This document shows positions 10,793 through 16,086 of a DNA stretch of 64,000 nucleotides, in pieces. The stretch covers positions 2,984 through 66,983 of the forward strand of contig JBBQZC010000003.1 in assembly GCA_038208115.1 (NCBI GenBank). The letters are read 5' to 3'. The position numbers and the translations under genes are program-made. The notes under the pieces are model-generated. The model saw only the letters and a program-made list of their open reading frames with translations. It had not been told where the DNA came from and made no database searches. Within the stretch, counting starts at the first letter, position 1. Every line of letters begins with the position of its first letter. Origin of the DNA: Candidatus Moraniibacteriota bacterium (lineage in GTDB: Bacteria; Patescibacteriota; Minisyncoccia; Moranbacterales; GCA-2747515).

Positions 10793-10840
10793 TTTTCCTC
10801 TAACAACTCACAACATATATTTATGAGATCTTAGAGAAAA
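10793..10840 (-). repeat. Module-boundary hairpin H2
   Basis: TTTTCCTCTAA..CTCA...TGAG..TTAGAGAAAA. Confidence 0.75.
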
Positions 10841-10848
10841 GTGAGGCA

Positions 10849-11016
10849 CTACGGTTCAGCGCTCTCACTTACCACTTCTTTTCCCTGTGGCTCGGGATTG
10901 CGTTTACTGAGGGCATCGCGGAAAGCGGCGCCAACAGAAACGGTAATTGGCTTACTCGTCCGGCGGGTACGCTGGCGGAGCTCCCTAACCGGAATATGTC
11001 CAATGATTTTGGCCAT
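10849..11016 (-). CDS. 55-aa basic small protein MAKIIGHIPVRELRQRTRRTSKPITVSVGAAFRDALSKRNPEPQGKEVVSESAEP
   Basis: Hand-translated; SD AGGAGGTGA then GTT-ATG. Confidence 0.72.
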   Translation of the reverse strand: MAKIIGHIPVRELRQRTRRTSKPITVSVGAAFRDALSKRNPEPQGKEVVSESAEP

Positions 11017-11081
11017 AACTCACCTCCTGTGAGATTTTTTTCACACGCACGATATGTAACGTGTGTACTTCATGACCATTA

Positions 11082-11146
11082 TCATCAGCTATTTTTACGT
11101 GGGCTTACTCCACTTTAATGTCGGTTATCTAATCAAAGCCCGACAG
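11082..11146 (-). repeat. Diverged copy D of the repeat RNA motif
   Basis: Retains GTGGAGTAAGCCCACGTAAAAA.AGCTGATGA; stem P1 changed compensatorily to TGTCGG/CCGACA. Confidence 0.9.
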
Positions 11147-11152
11147 TTGAAT

Positions 11153-11305
11153 TTACCCCTCCTTGCGAAGGAATTCTTGGAAATCTATCTCACCCCCTTC
11201 GATAGACACCAATTCTTCATCCTTCTTTCTCTCCTCTTCAATTACATCAGAAGGAGATGCAAAAGGTTCATCTACTGCTGGTAGGTCCCCGTCAAAAACT
11301 GGCAT
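11153..11305 (-). CDS. 50-aa acidic small protein MPVFDGDLPAVDEPFASPSDVIEEERKKDEELVSIEGGEIDFQEFLRKEG
   Basis: Hand-translated; weaker SD GGGGT upstream; fits between two motif copies. Confidence 0.65.
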   Translation of the reverse strand: MPVFDGDLPAVDEPFASPSDVIEEERKKDEELVSIEGGEIDFQEFLRKEG

Positions 11306-11366
11306 ATGTTACCCCATTTGTGAGATTACGCGCGGACACCCTATGCATCACGCGCTATTCCTAAAC

Positions 11367-11448
11367 GTTTCATCAGCTTTTTTTACGTGGGCTTACTCCA
11401 CAGTGTACGTCTGTTAAACCTTTCGGAAAGCCAGACGGAGGATTTTTC
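11367..11448 (-). repeat. 82-bp repeat, copy B
   Basis: Identical to copies A and C; fused to hairpin H3. Confidence 0.97.
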
Positions 11449-11489
11449 CCTCTAGCATTTCACAAATTGATTATGAAATTCTAGAGAGG
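11448..11489 (-). repeat. Module-boundary hairpin H3
   Basis: CCCTCTAG.ATTTCA...TGAAAT.CTAGAGAGG. Confidence 0.85.
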
Positions 11490-11661
11490 GGGATTATTTT
11501 TCGCTGAAAAAATCCCCAACATATCAGCATATGACCGCTCTGCCAGGCGCTTCGGTGCTTCCCCGAAGAATTACATGTCAGTTTATTGCTCATGACGTGG
11601 AGCTGCATATTTTTTTGATTCACCAGGTAAATATGCAAAGACTGGAGTGATCTGTACCGGT

Positions 11662-11949
11662 TCATGCCGGTTTAGGCTTGGTGCCATTTCGGTCTCGACC
11701 AAACTTGGTCAGAAAGGGCTTAAACGTCAAAGCCACATCCTGATTACGCTTGATGACCTCAGCCTCGGAATTTTCTATTCCATAGAACGGAATATATTTC
11801 CCCTCAGCTTTGGCCTGACGAATGAGTTCGCCACGACACCTCAGGCACACTGGAGTGATTACCCACAATCCCTTCTCCTTACGAAGGGCGAGAGAGTGTT
11901 TCACTACCTGGCCATTGCCCTTGTGAACACAACAGTAATCTTTTCCCAT
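11662..11949 (-). CDS. Small basic Cys/His-containing hypothetical protein
   Basis: 95 aa, CCVH...CLRC; SD GGAGGTGA then CTT-ATG. Confidence 0.8.
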   Translation of the reverse strand: MGKDYCCVHKGNGQVVKHSLALRKEKGLWVITPVCLRCRGELIRQAKAEGKYIPFYGIENSEAEVIKRNQDVALTFKPFLTKFGRDRNGTKPKPA

Positions 11950-12043
11950 AAGTCACCTCCGTGAATGGGTTTGTGGCTTGGATGGTTGAGTTCGACACGA
12001 TGCCGAATTTACGTCGGTCATCCATGAGTACCCCGACGGAAAT

Positions 12044-12125
12044 GTTTCATCAGCTTTTTTTACGTGGGCTTACTCCACAGTGTACGTCTGTTAAACCTTT
12101 CGGAAAGCCAGACGGAGGATTTTTC
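12044..12125 (-). repeat. 82-bp repeat, copy C
   Basis: Identical to copies A and B; fused to hairpin H4. Confidence 0.97.
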
Positions 12126-12199
12126 CCTCTAAAATATTTCTTATTGCATGCAATTTCATTGGTATCTGACATTGCGTTAAAAAATGTTTTAGAGAGAGG
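12125..12199 (-). repeat. Module-boundary hairpin H4
   Basis: CCCTCTAAAATATTT...AAATGTTTTAGAGAGAGG. Confidence 0.85.
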
Positions 12200-12571
12200 A
12201 AATTACTTTCGTTAAAAGTAATTTCCTGTAATCCGTGCACGTGCATTGGGCTGATAGATGCGATCAGTTATCCTTTGCTTAAACAGAGCTCATTTTGAGA
12301 TTGTTTCTACGAGGTGCACCCCGCGATCCTTCCCATTGTGGGATTGCGAGTGGAATCTCGCATTTATCTAAGGCCGGATAAGCCATAGCTATTTAGTACA
12401 GGTTATGACGAGAGCTCTATCATAATTCGTCCTGTACTTTACAACGGAGGGCATCGACAATTTGTCTCCCCCGTTTCCCTTTTTCGACTACACACCCGGC
12501 CAGGACGTGATCGAAGTGAGATTCCACCTCACGATACTAGCATCATAGGGAAATGACACCGCTCTCTCTAA
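12189..12571 (-). ncRNA. Candidate ~380-nt highly structured ncRNA cassette
   Basis: No ORF of 60 aa or more; nested helices; ends complementary (UUAGAGAGAG/CUCUCUCUAA). Confidence 0.65.
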
Positions 12572-12683
12572 TACTTCACAAAAGTTTTTGAACAGTGAGG
12601 CACAAAAAAACTTCGCAAGAATAATTTGTGTCTAATGACTATTTCTAGCCATGTCTCAACTTTTGCGAAGTTTTAGAGAGAGG
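12562..12683 (-). repeat. Module-boundary hairpin H5
   Basis: CTCTCTCTAA.ACTTC.CAAAAGTT...AACTTTTG.GAAGT.TTAGAGAGAG. Confidence 0.85.
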
Positions 12684-12842
12684 AAAGCTTATGGGATTGT
12701 TTATAAATTCCCACTTAAACGTTGGCTTTCCGCAACGAGATTTGAATGAACTTCCGCGTGATGATTTTTCCCTATGCAATATTCATCACTGATACCTGTT
12801 GTTTATCGACGGTCAGAGCAGGCTCCGTCTAGGAAAATTCAA

Positions 12843-13130
12843 CTATTTCTTTGGTTTTTTCCGAAATGGTGCGGTGACCATATGGCAAACTGCCCATATG
12901 CACACACCAATTCCGATTAAACCTCCGATACTAGCTGAATTCCGGGTTGTCTCGCCCACAATAATTGATAACAGCGTTGCCACTGTCATCAAAATCATGT
13001 CAAAGACGTGTCCCACGATTTGCCGAAGCAAATCAGGGGCGACCCAGGCCAGCAACATGCTGACTCCGATGGTGGTGGCAATTTTGTTTCGCCATATCCA
13101 CCGTATTACGTTGAGAATATAGCGATCCAT
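12843..13130 (-). CDS. Small multi-TM membrane protein with basic C-terminal tail
   Basis: 95 aa, 2-3 hydrophobic segments, RKKPKK tail; perfect SD TAAGGAGGTGA. Confidence 0.82.
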   Translation of the reverse strand: MDRYILNVIRWIWRNKIATTIGVSMLLAWVAPDLLRQIVGHVFDMILMTVATLLSIIVGETTRNSASIGGLIGIGVCIWAVCHMVTAPFRKKPKK

Positions 13131-13159
13131 AAGTCACCTCCTTATTTTGATTTTTGGAT

Positions 13160-13310
13160 AATATTTCCCTCATTGATTCCTAATAAATTATATAAGTGTC
13201 ATCCTAAACTCGTTTCAGGATTTAAATTGCTGATTTTGTTAATTGACAGCAAGATTCTGAACCAATTTCAGAATGCCATGAAATTATTACGAAAAAATGA
13301 GGGAAATATT
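13160..13310 (-). repeat. Module-boundary hairpin H6
   Basis: Perfect 15-bp IR AATATTTCCCTCATT/AATGAGGGAAATATT. Confidence 0.8.
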
Positions 13311-13589
13311 AAATTGTTAAAGAAAATGAGAGATTACCGTCTGGTTCATAACATTACTTTACTTTTCTGTAATAGCATGTGACCTACTTATTGTGACAAA
13401 ATGGTCAATTATATATTATTAAAAACCTATAGTTCACTTATATTGTCACATCTATTACGACCATCCTGCCGATCAGACACCTCTTTAACTCGTATCATCC
13501 CGCACAGTTCAGCCATATGTCCAAGTAAAATAACTATCTTTATTGTGTTACAGATAGCTGTCTTCTCGACTACTTCACTGTAACAACAC

Positions 13590-13618
13590 AGTATAGCATG
13601 CAGAATTTATTTTGTCAA
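13590..13618 (-). promoter_or_regulatory. Consensus sigma70 promoter driving the small-ORF/RNA array
   Basis: TTGACA-17 nt-TATACT with extended -10 TG; the -35 overlaps IR TTGTCA-N8-TGACAA (13612-13631). Confidence 0.85.
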
Positions 13619-13809
13619 GCGTTACTGACAATTCTATTGTAATATATTATTATGTAGCTTATTTGAATGCTTTTTTTGTACTATGTGTCGTTATTATCTA
13701 TGGACACTTTGCCATTTTTCTCTTCAAGAGTCACTTTCACATGCAAATTGAAGAAATGTTTGCCATCAATCATATTGTTAGTGAGCAATTAACATTATGT
13801 TTAGACATA

Positions 13810-13838
13810 TTGACAATAATATCGAATCGTGCTATACT
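13810..13838 (+). promoter_or_regulatory. Divergent consensus sigma70 promoter
   Basis: TTGACA-17 nt-TATACT with extended -10 TG. Confidence 0.85.
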
Positions 13839-14096
13839 AAATTATTAGTCGAGGCGGTACAATGTTTTCCGCTTACGTACTATTGTTAAAATCTATCAGT
13901 AAAACAACCAAATTGGCAACTTCTTTATAAGGTTGTCGGAAAGAGAAACGTCATTCGATTTGAATGATAAAGTATTTTAACCGGCAAACTCAATAAGGAG
14001 ATATGCCATGGGAAATTGATCAGAAAGTACCGACCGAAAGGTGACGACAGCAGTATCGTCGTCACTGAGTAGGAGGATTTCTGAAAAATGACCCAA

Positions 14097-14199
14097 AAAA
14101 AGGAGGTAATGATGGACGGGGTATAGTTTTTTTTTGAAAATTCAAAATGTAACGTGTGAATTAATTTCACAAAAGGAGGTAATGATGGACGGCGTATGA
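14097..14199 (+). repeat. Direct repeat AAAAGGAGGTAATGATGGACGGSGTAT x2 (SD + micro-ORF MMDGV)
   Basis: Copies at ~14098-14126 and ~14171-14199; they differ only at a Gly wobble base and the stop codon. Confidence 0.85.
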
Positions 14200-14237
14200 A
14201 TTAATTAAAAACCCAAACAGTGCTCCCTCGCATATAG

Positions 14238-14987
14238 CTATGCTTGGGAGTCTTTTTTTATAGCTTGAAATGCAATTTTGAAAATTGATTTTAGTGTTGT
14301 AGCAATGCTTTTGTTTTCAATAATAATCCCAATTTGATCCTCAAATGACGTGAGTCGCACTTTATCATCAAAAAAAGCGACATCCGCCAGAAACGGCCAT
14401 TCTGTTTCATCTACCTTATAAGATTCGGACTTTTCCCTCGTCGGAAGTTGTCCATCTTTATATGTATAGAGCGTTTTTGCACCAATATTTCGTTTTAGCC
14501 TTCTCTTTCTCAACTTCAACATATCATCCTCATTGAGAATATTTTGCAATGAATCCACTGAAAATGCAAGATACATTTCTTTTTCTTCTATCACTTCGTA
14601 CGTATTTGCCATGCGAAGTATACCCTCCTTACCTAAATAATACTTTACGATTGGCTTTTCAACACTCGCCCGATTAATACTATTCAGGTCATTGATAAGT
14701 CCTTGAATGCTTTGCTTTTTTTGTTCTAGTACTTGTTGCTGTTTAGTAATGATGTTTTCCAGCTGTGCAGGATCCTCTGGGACGAACATTTGTTTTTTTT
14801 CTTCATTTGATGCACTGACCAGGCCGATTTTCATCAAGTTTTCTAGTGTAAAATACGTCGTTGCACGATTTACACCAGACTTTTTAGCTATCTCTGCCGC
14901 ACTTCCCTGTCCTAATTCCAATGTCGCAATATAAACTTTTGCCTCTTTTTCATTTAAACCGATTTCTTCCAATTTTGTCGCCAACAT
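14238..14987 (-). CDS. TrmB-family transcriptional regulator
   Basis: LEEIGLNEKEAKVYIATLELG...IAKKSGVNRATTY..LENL..GLV winged HTH plus C-terminal sensor-like domain. Confidence 0.92.
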   Translation of the reverse strand: MLATKLEEIGLNEKEAKVYIATLELGQGSAAEIAKKSGVNRATTYFTLENLMKIGLVSASNEEKKQMFVPEDPAQLENIITKQQQVLEQKKQSIQGLINDLNSINRASVEKPIVKYYLGKEGILRMANTYEVIEEKEMYLAFSVDSLQNILNEDDMLKLRKRRLKRNIGAKTLYTYKDGQLPTREKSESYKVDETEWPFLADVAFFDDKVRLTSFEDQIGIIIENKSIATTLKSIFKIAFQAIKKDSQA

Positions 14988-15158
14988 AAAAAGGTGTATA
15001 ACAATTATAATATTGTATATAGCATACCACATATACACCAACTGAGAAATATCTCGATTATAAACTACTTTCGTACTAAAATCATCTTATGTAACGTTAT
15101 TTTTTTTATATTGTCGTTAGTAAGTAAATTAAAAAACAGTAGAAAATTTCTACTGTTC

Positions 15159-15866
15159 TTATTTTCGGATATTGACGGTTTTTATGCCTGCTTGTTTAAA
15201 TATTTCTGCATATTCATTCATCTGTATTTGTGAAATAGGTTTTTTCTTTTCAAATGTAGGATCCAATGTGACTCCTGGCCGAAATGTCTGGAGATATAAT
15301 TTATCACTCCCACGTAGTAATGCTGCCATTCCATCTATTATTTCTCTTGAATGTATACCAGCAATCACAGTTGTGCGAAATTCATATGTCACATGTCCCT
15401 CTTTGAGAAATTGTATGCTTTCTATGATATTCTCCGGTTTAGCGAGATCACCTACCAACTCTTTATATCGATCAGGCATTGTCTTGACATCCATTGCGAC
15501 ATAATCCACCAATTTTTCGGTAACTAGTTTTTTTAATATGTGTGGCAAGTTGCCATTTGTGTCGAGTTTGATGAGAAATCCCATATCTCGTACTTTTTGG
15601 ATAAACTGCATTAGATCAGGTTGTACAGTAGGCTCTCCCCCCGATATAACGAGCCCATCGAGCTTCCCAATTCGAGATGCGAGAAAATTTAAAACAGATT
15701 TTTCTGATATGAAGCTAGGAGTAATTTTTTTGATTTCATCTGGCAAAACAAATTCTTTATTGTGACAAAAACGGCAGCGCATATTACACCCAGGTGTAAA
15801 TATGATCGCTGCCACTTTGCCCGGATAATCCAGAAGAGTAAATGGTTGTACACCACTAATCAGCAT
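15159..15866 (-). CDS. nrdG: Anaerobic ribonucleotide reductase activating radical SAM protein
   Basis: CNMRCRFCHN, SGGEP, DTNG; in nrdD operon. Confidence 0.93.
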   Translation of the reverse strand: MLISGVQPFTLLDYPGKVAAIIFTPGCNMRCRFCHNKEFVLPDEIKKITPSFISEKSVLNFLASRIGKLDGLVISGGEPTVQPDLMQFIQKVRDMGFLIKLDTNGNLPHILKKLVTEKLVDYVAMDVKTMPDRYKELVGDLAKPENIIESIQFLKEGHVTYEFRTTVIAGIHSREIIDGMAALLRGSDKLYLQTFRPGVTLDPTFEKKKPISQIQMNEYAEIFKQAGIKTVNIRK

Positions 15867-16044
15867 ATTTCTCACTAAATGCATTATTTGCTGCTACACA
15901 TTCTTGAAAATGCTTGCGAGAATAGTGCTCTGATTTTTTCCCCGTATTAAAGAATGATACTGGGCGAAAATACCCCATTACGCGTGTCCACACTTCACAG
16001 CGAGTGCGGTCTCCGTCTGTACATTGCAACTTTTGTGATGCCAT
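15856..16044 (-). CDS. Stand-alone NrdD glycyl-radical domain
   Basis: CEVWTRVMGYFRPV..FNTGKKSE is the NrdD C-terminal Gly-radical motif. Confidence 0.88.
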   Translation of the reverse strand: MASQKLQCTDGDRTRCEVWTRVMGYFRPVSFFNTGKKSEHYSRKHFQECVAANNAFSEKYAD

Positions 16045-16086
16045 ATTTTTATTTTTTATTAATTACTTATTTATTAACTTATTCAC

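Noticed and set aside
9659-12125. 82-bp repeats as a CRISPR array
   Set aside because: Repeats are too long, spacing is irregular (hundreds to ~1600 bp, containing ORFs), and there are no cas genes.
9446-12215. + strand ORFs sharing FHQLFLRGLTPQCTSVKPFGKPDGG or SSAFFTWAYSTVYVC, and - strand 9665-9925 and 9173-9484
   Set aside because: Most are translations of the non-coding repeat in different frames; all lack SD sites and overlap better-supported ORFs.
12340-12400. RNase P RNA (GGCUUAUC and AGAUAAAUG on the - strand) or group I intron (UCGACUAC on +)
   Set aside because: No GAGGAAAGUCC P4 partner and no AUAGUC S element; motif order is wrong.
8811-14237. Prophage or transposon
   Set aside because: No terminase, capsid, integrase, transposase, target-site duplication or att pair was seen; a decayed viral origin cannot be excluded.
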